Source: Aliarcobacter cibarius (GTDB lineage: Bacteria > Campylobacterota > Campylobacteria > Campylobacterales > Arcobacteraceae). From it: DNA of 32,000 nucleotides. Of this stretch, positions 1 through 9,092 are shown one piece after another (within the stretch, counting starts at the first letter, position 1; each line of letters opens with the position of its first letter). Location: contig NZ_CP054051.1 of assembly GCF_013372265.1 (NCBI RefSeq), forward strand, positions 972,587 to 1,004,586, in the 5' to 3' direction. The notes under the pieces were generated by a model. It searched no databases and had not been told where the DNA came from. It saw only the letters and a program-made list of their open reading frames with translations. The position numbers were made by a program, and so were the translations under genes.

Positions 1-1251
1 AAGCTCTTTTTCATCTATAAAAACATCTTCTAAATTTTTTGCAAAATCTAAAGCTTCTTCGTGGCTTAGAGCAAATCTTTGAGTTGATGATATTACTCCT
101 AAACCTTTTTTATGAGCTTCTAAAAGAACTTTAAATGCTTCATTAAAATCTTTTTTTGCAAGATTTGAAAGTAATCTTGTTTTTTGATTTTTATTCATAG
201 GATCAATTATTGGATTTAATACAATTCCTCCAGCAATTGTTTCGTTTTGATTTCTTAAAATTAATTTTTCACCAAAAATAGAGTAAATATTTTCATCTGC
301 TTTTATTGTTGCAAACCCTTTCTCAAGAGTAGTTAAGCTATCAAAAAGTAAAACTTTAACATCTAATTTTTTTGCACCAATAAATAGTGTATAAATTTGA
401 TTGTGATTTAATTTTTTATCTTTTAGACAATTAAAGCTAATATCAATAGAGTTAAATCCTCTTAAAAATCCTTTTTTAGAGATAATATTACCTCTTTTTA
501 AAAGATCTTTGTCAATATTTGAAAGATTTAAAGCGGCTCTATTGGAGATATTTGCTTCAAGTACATTTTGGTTATGTACTTGAATATTTTTTATTTTTGT
601 CTCTTTTTGTAAATGTGGTAAAAATACTTTCTCTTCTAATTCTATTTTTTTACCTAAAACAGTACCAGTAACTACTGTACCAATACCTTTTACACTAAAT
701 ACTCTATCTATATAAAATCTAAAAAAGTTTTCAGACTCTTTTTGATTACTATTTATAGAAAAAAGTGCATTTTTTAAATCATTTATAGAATTTTCATCAT
801 AAACTGATACTCTTTTTATAAATTTTATATCAAAATTGTAAGATTTTAAATAGTCTAGGATGGATTTCTCTTGTTCTTCTAGAAAATTTTCATCTACCAA
901 ATCTTTTTTCGTGATAACAATAATTAGATTTTTTACTCCTAAAAGTTCTAAGATTTGAATATGCTCAATAGTTTGGGGCATAATTCCTTCTTTTGCACTA
1001 ATTACAAGCATTACATAATCAAATCCAAAAGCTCCAGCAATCATGTTTTTTATAAGTTTTTCGTGCCCTGGTACGTCTATAAAAGCTATATTTCTTTGAC
1101 CAAAAGATAGATTAGAAAAACTCAAATCTATTGTTATTCCTCTTTGCTTTTCTTCATTTGTGCTATCACCTTCAAAACCATTTAAGGCATGAATAAGTGC
1201 TGTTTTACCATGGTCTATATGACCTGCTGTTCCTATTATGATATTAGCCAT
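1..1251 (-). CDS. selB: Selenocysteine-specific elongation factor SelB, partial (runs off the left edge)
   Basis: Reading the minus strand from the ATG at 1251 gives MANIIIGTAGHIDHGKTALIHALNGFEGDSTNEEKQRGITIDLSFSNLSFGQRNIAFIDVPGHEKLIKNMIAGAFG..., with G1/G2/G3 GTPase motifs and SelB-type sequence. It stays open to position 1 and overlaps the selA end by 8 nt. Absent from the ORF track. Confidence 0.95.
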   Translation of the reverse strand, partial: MANIIIGTAGHIDHGKTALIHALNGFEGDSTNEEKQRGITIDLSFSNLSFGQRNIAFIDVPGHEKLIKNMIAGAFGFDYVMLVISAKEGIMPQTIEHIQILELLGVKNLIIVITKKDLVDENFLEEQEKSILDYLKSYNFDIKFIKRVSVYDENSINDLKNALFSINSNQKESENFFRFYIDRVFSVKGIGTVVTGTVLGKKIELEEKVFLPHLQKETKIKNIQVHNQNVLEANISNRAALNLSNIDKDLLKRGNIISKKGFLRGFNSIDISFNCLKDKKLNHNQIYTLFIGAKKLDVKVLLFDSLTTLEKGFATIKADENIYSIFGEKLILRNQNETIAGGIVLNPIIDPMNKNQKTRLLSNLAKKDFNEAFKVLLEAHKKGLGVISSTQRFALSHEEALDFAKNLEDVFIDEKEL

Positions 1252-2593
1252 TTTTAAAAATCTCTTTTAAAATATTTTCTAGTTTTTCTAAATCTTCTTC
1301 TAAAATTGTTCTAAAATCAAGTAAAACTTTATCATTTTCAATTCGACTTATAATTAAATTATCTCTTAAAATTTTTTCAATTTTATTTGCTTTAAAATCT
1401 TTAAATTCTAAACTTAGTGCAACAGTTGGAATTTTCCTATTTGGAGTTGTTCCTCCACCAACTAATGTATTAGTATTTAAAACTTCTGTTTTTAAAATAT
1501 TTTCTAAAGATTTTTGAACTTTTTTTGCTCTATTTTCTAGCATCTCTATACTTGTATTTAGCATTTTTAATGTTGGAATTTTATCAAGTTCATTTTTTAG
1601 ATATAAATTAATACTCTCTTCTAAAAGTGCTAGAGTTATTTTATCAACTCTTAGCATTCTTAAAAGTTGATTCTTTTTTATTTTTGATATTAGTTCTTTT
1701 TTCCCTATGATAATTCCCGCTTGAACACTTCCTAAAAGTTTATCTCCTGAAAAACTGAGTAAACTAGGATTTTGTTTCATAAGTTCTTTAATACTTGGTT
1801 CATTTTTTCCTAATCCATAAGGAAGTTCATCAATATGACCACTTCCCATATCATAATAGTCTATTAGATTATGTTGTTTTGCAAGATTTGATATATCTTC
1901 AAATTTTACTTCACTTGAAAATCCAACTATTTCATAATTTGATTTATGTACTTTCATAAGCATAGAAGTTTTTTCACAAATGGCATTTTCATAGTCTCTT
2001 AGATGAGTTTTATTTGTAGTTCCAATCTCTTTTAATATTGCACCACTTTGATTCATAACTTCAGGAACTCTAAAACTTCCACCAATTTCTACAAGTTCTC
2101 CTCGGCTTACAACAACTTCTTTATTCTTACAAAATGTATTTAAGATTAAAAAAACAGCACTTGCATTGTTATTTACTACTAAAGCATCTTCACAATCTAA
2201 AAGTTCTTTTAAACTTTTTGTGATGTGCTCATATCTTTCACCTCTTTGTCCTTTTTGTAAATCATATTCTAAATTATTGTAAGAAGTAGCTATATTAAAT
2301 GCTTTTTCTAGAGTTTCTTTATGAAGTAAACTTCTTCCTAAATTTGTGTGAACTATTATACCAGTTGCATTTATTAGAGGTTTTAAAGAAGAAGATGTAA
2401 TATTTTTATATTCATCAATAACATCTTTTATTAGTAAATTTTCATCAAAACTAAGTATTTTGTTTTGTAAAATATTTTCTCTTAAATTTGATATTTTTTC
2501 TTTAGATATTTTAGTGATTAACGATTTTGCTAACCCTTCAAAAGCTATGTTTGTGATAAACCTATCAACCTTTGGAATGGATTTTAATAACAT
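1244..2593 (-). CDS. selA: L-seryl-tRNA(Sec) selenium transferase SelA
   Basis: 449 aa; PLP-enzyme features (SFSGDKLLGSVQAGIIIG, PLINATGIIVHTNLGRSLL); adjacent to selB and tRNA-Sec. Confidence 0.96.
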   Translation of the reverse strand: MLLKSIPKVDRFITNIAFEGLAKSLITKISKEKISNLRENILQNKILSFDENLLIKDVIDEYKNITSSSLKPLINATGIIVHTNLGRSLLHKETLEKAFNIATSYNNLEYDLQKGQRGERYEHITKSLKELLDCEDALVVNNNASAVFLILNTFCKNKEVVVSRGELVEIGGSFRVPEVMNQSGAILKEIGTTNKTHLRDYENAICEKTSMLMKVHKSNYEIVGFSSEVKFEDISNLAKQHNLIDYYDMGSGHIDELPYGLGKNEPSIKELMKQNPSLLSFSGDKLLGSVQAGIIIGKKELISKIKKNQLLRMLRVDKITLALLEESINLYLKNELDKIPTLKMLNTSIEMLENRAKKVQKSLENILKTEVLNTNTLVGGGTTPNRKIPTVALSLEFKDFKANKIEKILRDNLIISRIENDKVLLDFRTILEEDLEKLENILKEIFKNG

Positions 2594-2650
2594 ATAATAA
2601 ACCTTTTAATAGTTGTTTAAAGAGAACTATTATACTATTTTATCCTTTAT

Positions 2651-2749
2651 GGAAGGTATGTGTATCTGGTGAGCACCACAGGCTTCAACCCTGATTGTCG
2701 GTTTTTGTGTAAACGCCGAGAGAGGTTCAATTCCTCTACCTTCTCGCCA
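2651..2749 (+). tRNA. selC: tRNA-Sec (anticodon TCA at 2685-2687)
   Basis: GGAAGGTA...TACCTTCTCGCCA long acceptor stem, anticodon loop CTTCAAC between CAGG/CCTG, long variable arm (TCGG...CCGA), T-arm AGAGG-TTCAATT-CCTCT and encoded CCA. Length about 99 nt. The exact 5' pairing and discriminator base are slightly ambiguous. Confidence 0.92.
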
Positions 2750-2929
2750 TAATATTATTTTTAAAATTACCATTAAATAGTACTTTATCTACAAAAAAAC
2801 AAAACAAATGCCAATTAATTTCAATCTACAAAATAAAATTTAAAAACTAAAATAAAATCATTTTAAATACTTTTTATGTCAATTTATGCCAATATTGTTG
2901 GGAAATTCGTTGGGAAAATAAAAGGCATC

Positions 2930-3166
2930 ATGGCATTAGAAAAAACTGGCACACCAGGTGTGTATAAAAGAGAAAGAATCAAAGATACAACTTACTACAT
3001 AAGATATCGTAAAAATGGTAAAGTTGTAGATGAAAAAGTTGGTACAAAATCTGATGGATTTAATATAACAAAAGCTAAAAAAGTATTACTAAAAAAACAG
3101 TTGAATAGTGAAGATAACGACACATCAAACTCTAGTTTATCTAGAAAATCACTATTACTCCCCTAA
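2930..3166 (+). pseudogene. Tyrosine-recombinase/integrase N-terminal fragment
   Basis: MALEKTGTPGVYKRERIKDTTYYIRYRKNGKVVDEKVGTKSDGFNITKAKKVLLKKQ... resembles the N-terminal arm-binding domain of phage/island integrases. No catalytic domain follows, and it sits just downstream of tRNA-Sec. The ORF track starts at 2876. Confidence 0.65.
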
Positions 3167-3181
3167 CTAAATACCCAAAAA

Positions 3182-3859
3182 TCAACCAGCATACTGAACC
3201 TTTGGATGTTTAAAAAAGTTAGCTACTTTTTGTGGATTATTTTGAATTGACAGCATATATTTTTCAGTATTATTTCTTAGTTCTTTTTGTGTTGTTGGCA
3301 ATTCATATTTATTAGCACTTTGTTTATAATCTTGATTTAGATATTCATCTGGATTATAATCAGGTGAATAAGCTGGAAGATAAAATAGTTTTATTTTATC
3401 TTTATTCTCTTCTTCCCATGCTTTTACTATCTTTGCATGATGAACTCTTAGGTTATCTACAATTAAAAATACTTTTTTACCACTATTTGAATCGATAACT
3501 TTTTTACAAAATTCTATAAAACTATCAATCTTTATAGATTCATCATATAGACTAAACATAGATTTGCCTGTATTTGTTATTGCACTAATCATATTTATCT
3601 TAAATTTTTTTGCAGTATGTTCTAATACTGGTTTATTATATGTACCAATAGGAGCATATCCTTTAAGATTATTTGCTAGATTTTGACAAGCTGTCTCATC
3701 ACACCACCATATATCTGCATTATCTTTTTTTGCTTCTTTTTTTATTTTTGGATATATTTCTTCTAACCAAGCTTTTGTTGCGCTATCTTTTCTCTCATAA
3801 GCTCTTTTTATTGGCTTTTTACTTGTAAATTGCCATTTACCCATACTAAGTTTCTCCAT
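3182..3859 (-). pseudogene. IS630-family transposase, catalytic part (N-terminal HTH region missing)
   Basis: 225 aa with WWCDETACQNLAN... and VFLIVDNLRVHHAKIV...LFYLPAYSPDYNPDEYLNQDYK (DDE_3-type catalytic motifs). Full IS630 transposases are about 340 aa. Confidence 0.8.
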
Positions 3860-3965
3860 AATTTACTCCAAAATAATATTTTTGGAGTTAGTTTATCTCT
3901 TGAGACTTGTAAAAATTATTTCGCCAACAAAATTTCCAAATTTATTTCACAAATGTTTCAAAAAA

Positions 3966-4055
3966 TGGAAACATAAAAGTGAAATAGGTGGAAACAAGTT
4001 AGTGAAACAAGTGGAAACTTATTTGTGAAATGGGTGGAAACATTGATGTGAAATC
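3966..4055 (+). repeat. Iteron-like direct repeats, 4 units with 23-bp period (TGGAAACnnnnnnGTGAAAynrg)
   Basis: TGGAAAC starts at 3966, 3989, 4012 and 4035, each followed at fixed distance by GTGAAA(T/C). Confidence 0.8.
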
Positions 4056-4145
4056 TCTACTAATATTGAAACTACAATAAAACATTATTTAAAATTTGCA
4101 CCTGATTTTGCAATAGATTCTATAGCAGCTTTTGAAAACTATATT

Positions 4146-4283
4146 TTATAGCTTTCCAAGAGCTGTTATATATTTTGCTAGATTTTCAAGAGGAAAGAGG
4201 ACAAGGCCTCCTTGTTTAGAGTAGCTTGGAAGTGCTGATTTTTCATCTATTCTTCTATTTAAAGTTCTAAGAGAGATACCATC
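4146..4283 (-). pseudogene. Fragment of a small helix-turn-helix / excisionase-like DNA-binding protein
   Basis: Open frame DGISLRTLNRRIDEKSALPSYSKQGGLVLFPLENLAKYITALGKL*, resembling small MerR/Xis-like HTH proteins (recognition-helix segment plus a LFPLENLAKYI tail). An in-frame stop lies immediately upstream. Confidence 0.4.
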
Positions 4284-4359
4284 TCATAGAATTGAAATTG
4301 AAGGTGATTCTTTAAGACCAAAATACTCAAATTTGAATCAAAAATTTGAAAATAATTAA

Positions 4360-4425
4360 TTCAACCGGACACATTGTGTTATAATTACACCCTAGAAAAT
4401 CTCATTGCAAAAGTGTCCGGTTGAA
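4360..4425. repeat. 13-bp perfect inverted repeat TTCAACCGGACAC ... GTGTCCGGTTGAA with 40-bp spacer
   Basis: Arms at 4360-4372 and 4413-4425. Confidence 0.85.
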
Positions 4426-4511
4426 CTCCGGCATTCCTGTCCGAATACTCCGATATATGCAGTGGTTATCTAAAATTTATTTAAAACAAGTAACTGTGTA
4501 ATAGAATTTAT

Positions 4512-4532
4512 TTCGATTCCTCTACCCGGCAC
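4512..4532 (+). other. tRNA 3'-end fragment (attachment-site-like remnant)
   Basis: TTCGATTCCTCTACCCGGCAC: T-loop, 3' T-stem and acceptor strand of a tRNA (ACCCGGCA type) with no 5' half. The first 15 nt match the tRNA-Sec T-arm/acceptor TTCAATTCCTCTACC at 14/15. Confidence 0.55.
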
Positions 4533-4604
4533 TTTCTTTATAAAAGACTTATAGACACTTTTATTAAAACCGATACCTCAGTTGACACCTCTAGTGATTG
4601 ACTT

Positions 4605-4961
4605 TTATGTGCTTAATACAGATAAAATAGCCAAAAATCCGATTATTGCAGCCGTAATACTTAAAATTAGTACCATTCCTGCTAGCATGTCTTTTATTTT
4701 ACCAATTTTTTCATGTAATTCAGGGTGTAAATAGTCAATTAAAGCTTCAATTGCAGAATTTAACAATTCTGAAGCAATAATCAATCCTATACATAAAATT
4801 ATCAAAGCCCACCAAAAAATGGAAATTTTAAAATATGAGAATAAGCATATTACTATTAGAGCTGAAATTAAATGTCTTTGCATATTATGTTCATTTTTAG
4901 TAGCATAAACAATTCCATTAAATGCAAATTTTAGTTTTTTCCATATTGATTGATTTTTCAT
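4605..4961 (-). CDS. dgkA: Diacylglycerol kinase
   Basis: 118 aa with NAFNGI-type start and the DgkA signature ASELLNSAIEALIDYLHPELHEKIGKIKDMLAGMVL. Confidence 0.93.
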   Translation of the reverse strand: MKNQSIWKKLKFAFNGIVYATKNEHNMQRHLISALIVICLFSYFKISIFWWALIILCIGLIIASELLNSAIEALIDYLHPELHEKIGKIKDMLAGMVLILSITAAIIGFLAILSVLST

Positions 4962-4966
4962 AATTT

Positions 4967-5848
4967 TTACTTTAATTTAATATATTTTTTGTAATTTAAC
5001 CATTCATATAAGCTAACTGCAATTACAAACCATAAAGCACCAAGTAATAATCCTGCCATTACGTCTGTTATATAATGAACACCAATAATAATACGACTAG
5101 ATGCTAACAATAATGCAAAAGTACTACCTAAAAAAGTTATTATAATACGAATGTTACAACTAGTTTGACGTCTCCACCATATATAAAATAATAAAGCATA
5201 AAATGCTATGCTAACAGCTGCATGTCCACTTGGAAAAGAGGGAGTGTGTTCAAAAAAGATTGCCTCAACTGGACGTGAACGTAGGAAAAAATATTTTGAT
5301 AGCCATACATTAGATATAGCTCCAAAAACACTTATTATTAAGGGCATTGACCAAAAATAATTGTATTTAAAAATCATTATTAAAGATATTATAGTTAATA
5401 AAGAAAAAACAGTTTCACCGTTTCCAAATAAAGTTATGTAATGAAAAAAGTTTACAATTGATTCTGTTCTAATTAATGCAACATTTTTTGCAACCCAATA
5501 GTCTATTTGAATAATAAAATCTTGTTCAATAAACTCTTCAGTAACACCTGAAAGTAGAAAAAATAAACTTACAAATATAATAGAAGCTAAAGTTAAATTT
5601 AATCCACTCAGTTTACTATTATCAAAACGTTGTATTAAAAAATCTCTAGTTTTTGGGAAAGGAATTAATAGTTTTCTAAAAAATAAACGATATTTTCTAT
5701 ATATATTTTTACAAAACTTTGTAATTTCACATCCCCAATAAAACATAATCAACCAAAATATAAACCAAATTATTACAAAAAAATAACCTATATATTTAAT
5801 TATAAAAGTACTGTATTCTTGAATCCATGATAATATAATTTGATCCAT
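4967..5848 (-). CDS. PAP2-family membrane phosphatase
   Basis: KYFFLRSRP...PSFPSGHAAVSIAFY...RIIIGVHYITDVMAG phosphatase motifs. Confidence 0.9.
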   Translation of the reverse strand: MDQIILSWIQEYSTFIIKYIGYFFVIIWFIFWLIMFYWGCEITKFCKNIYRKYRLFFRKLLIPFPKTRDFLIQRFDNSKLSGLNLTLASIIFVSLFFLLSGVTEEFIEQDFIIQIDYWVAKNVALIRTESIVNFFHYITLFGNGETVFSLLTIISLIMIFKYNYFWSMPLIISVFGAISNVWLSKYFFLRSRPVEAIFFEHTPSFPSGHAAVSIAFYALLFYIWWRRQTSCNIRIIITFLGSTFALLLASSRIIIGVHYITDVMAGLLLGALWFVIAVSLYEWLNYKKYIKLK

Positions 5849-5860
5849 TGTTGATTCCTA

Positions 5861-7243
5861 TTAAGTGTAAGTTTTGTTAAATGATATGGTCACTGTTGTT
5901 TCAATATTTTCTTTACTTTCTATGGTTATTTGTCCTTTGTGAATATCTACTATTTTTTTTAGAATTGACATTCCAAGTCCTGTACCACCTGAATTTTTAT
6001 TTCTACTTTTATCTGTTCTATAAAATTTTTCAAATATATTTTTTTGTTCATTAAGTGGAATTCCTATTCCAAAATCTTTAATTGAAATATTTAATAATCC
6101 ATCTTTTTCAAATATTTTAACTATGACTTTTGAATTTTCAAAGCTAAATTGAATAGCATTTTTTAAAACATTTTTTATTGCGATTTTTAATAAATTTGAA
6201 AAACCAAAAAATTCTAAATTATCTTCAACTTCAAAAACTATTTCAACTTTATGAAGTTTTGCAAAATTTTTTAGTTCATTTATTGATTCATCTACAACTT
6301 CATCTAGATAAAAAAATTCTTTTCTATCTGTAATAATCTCATTTTCATTTTTAGCTAAAAATAATAAATCATTTATTGTTTGCTCTATTCCAGAAAGTTC
6401 ACATAATGATGTATTTATAGTCTCTTTGTATTCTTCTATACTTCTATCTTTTCTTAAGGCTATTTCTAATTCACCTTTTATTATTGTAAGTGGTGTTTTT
6501 AATTCGTGAGATGCATCTGAACTAAACTGAGAAATTTTTTCAAAAGAGTTTTCAAGTCTAGATAAAAGATTGTTGATTTCATTCACTAATTCAGAAATTT
6601 CATCTTTTATTTCTCTTGGTTTTAATCTAGATGATAAATCATTCGCATTTATTTGTTTTAATTCAAATAAAATATTTCTAAAAGGATAAAATGATTTATA
6701 AATTATGAAATTTCCTCCAATAACAGCAAAAATCAGAATTATTGGAAAGATAAAATATAGTATATAAAGAAGATTTTCTAGAGTTGTTGTTATAACATCT
6801 TTTGTTGTAATAGCTTCTATAATTACGGTTTGTTCATTATGATAATTAATTTTTATTCTACTTATAAAATAGTTTTTTTGCTCTTCAAAGCTTATAGTAT
6901 TTGATTTTAAATTAGATAAATATTTTTCATTATTTATGATATCTTTTGGAAAATTATCTGTTTGAATTATTTTTTCAAAGTTTTTATCATTTAAAATTCT
7001 AATGAAAAGTGGTTCGTATTTGTACTCTTTTTCTTCATCTAAAAGAGCATCTAAAATTTTATTCTTTTCTTGTAAATCATCTGTTATATCAAGAATTATA
7101 ACTTTTAGAGTTGCTTCAAGTTTATCTATAGTTGAAATTTCTATAGCTTTGTATAAAGAAAATGAAAAAATTACTAAAACAATAATTTGGATTAAAAAAT
7201 GGTAGGCTAAAAGTCTTTTTTTTATTGATAAATTAATCTTCAC
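5861..7243 (-). CDS. Sensor histidine kinase (HAMP-HisKA-HATPase)
   Basis: FSSDASHELKTPLTIIKGELEIAL, N-box NAIQFS, GIGIPLNEQKNIFEKFYRTDKSRNKNSGGTGLGMSI. Confidence 0.93.
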   Translation of the reverse strand: MKINLSIKKRLLAYHFLIQIIVLVIFSFSLYKAIEISTIDKLEATLKVIILDITDDLQEKNKILDALLDEEKEYKYEPLFIRILNDKNFEKIIQTDNFPKDIINNEKYLSNLKSNTISFEEQKNYFISRIKINYHNEQTVIIEAITTKDVITTTLENLLYILYFIFPIILIFAVIGGNFIIYKSFYPFRNILFELKQINANDLSSRLKPREIKDEISELVNEINNLLSRLENSFEKISQFSSDASHELKTPLTIIKGELEIALRKDRSIEEYKETINTSLCELSGIEQTINDLLFLAKNENEIITDRKEFFYLDEVVDESINELKNFAKLHKVEIVFEVEDNLEFFGFSNLLKIAIKNVLKNAIQFSFENSKVIVKIFEKDGLLNISIKDFGIGIPLNEQKNIFEKFYRTDKSRNKNSGGTGLGMSILKKIVDIHKGQITIESKENIETTVTISFNKTYT

Positions 7244-7901
7244 TAATTTTAAATCCTATTCCTCTTATAGTTTTAATAAGCTTTTTATCAAAATCTTTAT
7301 CTATTTTATTTCTAAGTCTATAAATGTATACATTTACAATATTACTTATATTTGAATCTTCAAAAGATGATAAGGCTTCATTTATTGTTGTTTCACTTAA
7401 AACTCTATTTTTGTTTTTAATTAAATATTCTAAGAGTGAAAACTCTTTTGCTGTTAGAGGTATATTTTTATTTGCTCTAACTGCTGTTTTATTTAACAAA
7501 TCAAGTTCTAAATCTGCTATTGAAAGCTTTGTTGATAAAGAGTTTGTTGTTCTTAATTGAACTCTAATTCTTGCTAATAGTTCAGCAAAAGAAAAAGGTT
7601 TTGCTAAATAATCATTTGCTCCTATATCTAAACCTTTTATTTTATCTTCAATTGAATCTTTTGCAGTTAACATAATAATTGGAGTTTGAATATTTGAACT
7701 TCTTAAACTTTTACAAACTTCAATTCCATCTTTAATTGGAATCATAATATCAAGCAAGATGAGGTTATATTCATTTACACTGGCAAGGTATAGACCATCA
7801 TCTCCATTTGTAGCAAAATCTACTATATAACACTCTTCTTCTAAACCTTTTTTTAAAAAGTTTATGATTTTTAAATCATCTTCTATTATTAATATCTTCA
7901 T
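7233..7901 (-). CDS. OmpR/PhoB-type response regulator
   Basis: MKILIIEDD...LLDIMIPIKDG...PIIMLTAKDS...GANDYLAKPF plus a winged-helix C-terminus. Confidence 0.94.
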   Translation of the reverse strand: MKILIIEDDLKIINFLKKGLEEECYIVDFATNGDDGLYLASVNEYNLILLDIMIPIKDGIEVCKSLRSSNIQTPIIMLTAKDSIEDKIKGLDIGANDYLAKPFSFAELLARIRVQLRTTNSLSTKLSIADLELDLLNKTAVRANKNIPLTAKEFSLLEYLIKNKNRVLSETTINEALSSFEDSNISNIVNVYIYRLRNKIDKDFDKKLIKTIRGIGFKISED

Positions 7902-7905
7902 AAGA

Positions 7906-8637
7906 CTATTCTACTGTTTTTGAAATTAATTTCAAAATAGTTATTTCTGCTTTTGCTTTATATCTAAAATCAACACCCCAAGTTCCAATTCCTTTATTTA
8001 CATAAATTGCTGTATTTTTTCTGTAAAAAAGCCCTGATAAAAATGGTTGAACAAGTTTTACAAAATAGTGAAAAGGGTAAATTTGACCACCATGAGTATG
8101 TCCACATAAAAATAGATTAGAATTTGATTTTGTAGCTATCTTATAATCTTTAGGTTGATGAGATATAAAAATAGAAGGAGATTGTTTTAGATAATTTTCT
8201 ATTATTTCTTCTTCTCTTTGGATTTTAAAAAATTTTGAAAATCTATCAGGAAGTCCAGCAATATAAATATTTTCATTTTTATGATTAATTGTAAAAATTT
8301 TATTATCCATAAAAATAAAATTTTTAAGTTCATTTTTTAAATCTTCTAATCCATAAAACAGATCATGATTCCCACTTATATAAAAAACCTTATTTTTTAA
8401 TTGACTTAATATAGATAGTTGTTCTTTAATAAATTTTACTTTAGTATCAATTATATCACCAGTAATAACACAAAAATCAAATTCTAAATCATTACAAAAC
8501 TTAATTAATTTAGCAATTTTTTCAGTTGAAGTTTTTTTGTTTATATGTAAATCACTTAAATGAAGAATTTTTAAATCATTTAATTTTTTATTTTCAATAT
8601 CTATTTCTACTGTTTGAAAAATATTTTTAAAATTCAT
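7906..8637 (-). CDS. Calcineurin-like metallophosphoesterase (YaeI-like)
   Basis: LKILHLSDLHINKK...CVITGDIID...YISGNHD...LFLCGHTHGGQIYPF. Confidence 0.92.
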   Translation of the reverse strand: MNFKNIFQTVEIDIENKKLNDLKILHLSDLHINKKTSTEKIAKLIKFCNDLEFDFCVITGDIIDTKVKFIKEQLSILSQLKNKVFYISGNHDLFYGLEDLKNELKNFIFMDNKIFTINHKNENIYIAGLPDRFSKFFKIQREEEIIENYLKQSPSIFISHQPKDYKIATKSNSNLFLCGHTHGGQIYPFHYFVKLVQPFLSGLFYRKNTAIYVNKGIGTWGVDFRYKAKAEITILKLISKTVE

Positions 8638-9089
8638 TTTAATAAATTACCTAATTCATTTGCAGATGATAGAAATTTTATATCTTTTACTATTCCATTT
8701 TCTAAAGAGTAAGTAGTTATTTTATCAGCTTGCTTTGCAAATTTTGTATTGTTTTCATCATAAATTAATAAAATGCCATATTTATAATCTCTTAATTTTG
8801 GAAGTATAAACATCTTTGTGATAATTGTTGGAGTTGATGAAATATTGTTTATAAAAATCGCACGATGTTCTTTTAAAAACAGTGAACTCTTTGATGATAA
8901 AAAGTCATTTACCATCATAAGAGTCTCTTTTTGGAAAGTTATAATTATTGTTTCAATATTATTAGTAATAGTATGAATTCCATCAAATTGATCTGTTAGA
9001 GAAAAATTATTTAATTTATCACCAACTTTCAAATTTCCCCCAAATATAAAGTTTGTAGTAATCATCAATAATATAAATATCTTTAACAT
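8634..9089 (-). CDS. Exported thioredoxin-fold-like protein lacking a CXXC motif
   Basis: N-terminal signal peptide, GDKLNNFSLTDQFDGIHTI typical of thioredoxin/YtfJ-like proteins; no cysteine pair. Confidence 0.55.
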   Translation of the reverse strand: MLKIFILLMITTNFIFGGNLKVGDKLNNFSLTDQFDGIHTITNNIETIIITFQKETLMMVNDFLSSKSSLFLKEHRAIFINNISSTPTIITKMFILPKLRDYKYGILLIYDENNTKFAKQADKITTYSLENGIVKDIKFLSSANELGNLLK

Positions 9090-9092
9090 AAT

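Noticed and set aside
3865-3888. ACTCCAAAA-TAATAT-TTTTGGAGT palindrome upstream of the IS630 ORF
   Set aside because: Perfect 9-bp stem, but probably part of the decayed IS630 element. I could not pair it with a matching end on the other side, so it is not claimed as a terminus.
3966-4055. Possible CRISPR array
   Set aside because: The conserved part of the unit is only about 7+6 bp, the period is 23 bp, there is no 28-36 bp repeat, no comparable unique spacers and no cas genes. Fits iterons.
7002-7560. Short plus-strand ORFs at 7002..7205 and 7324..7560
   Set aside because: They lie antisense inside well-supported histidine kinase and response regulator genes and have no recognisable protein features.
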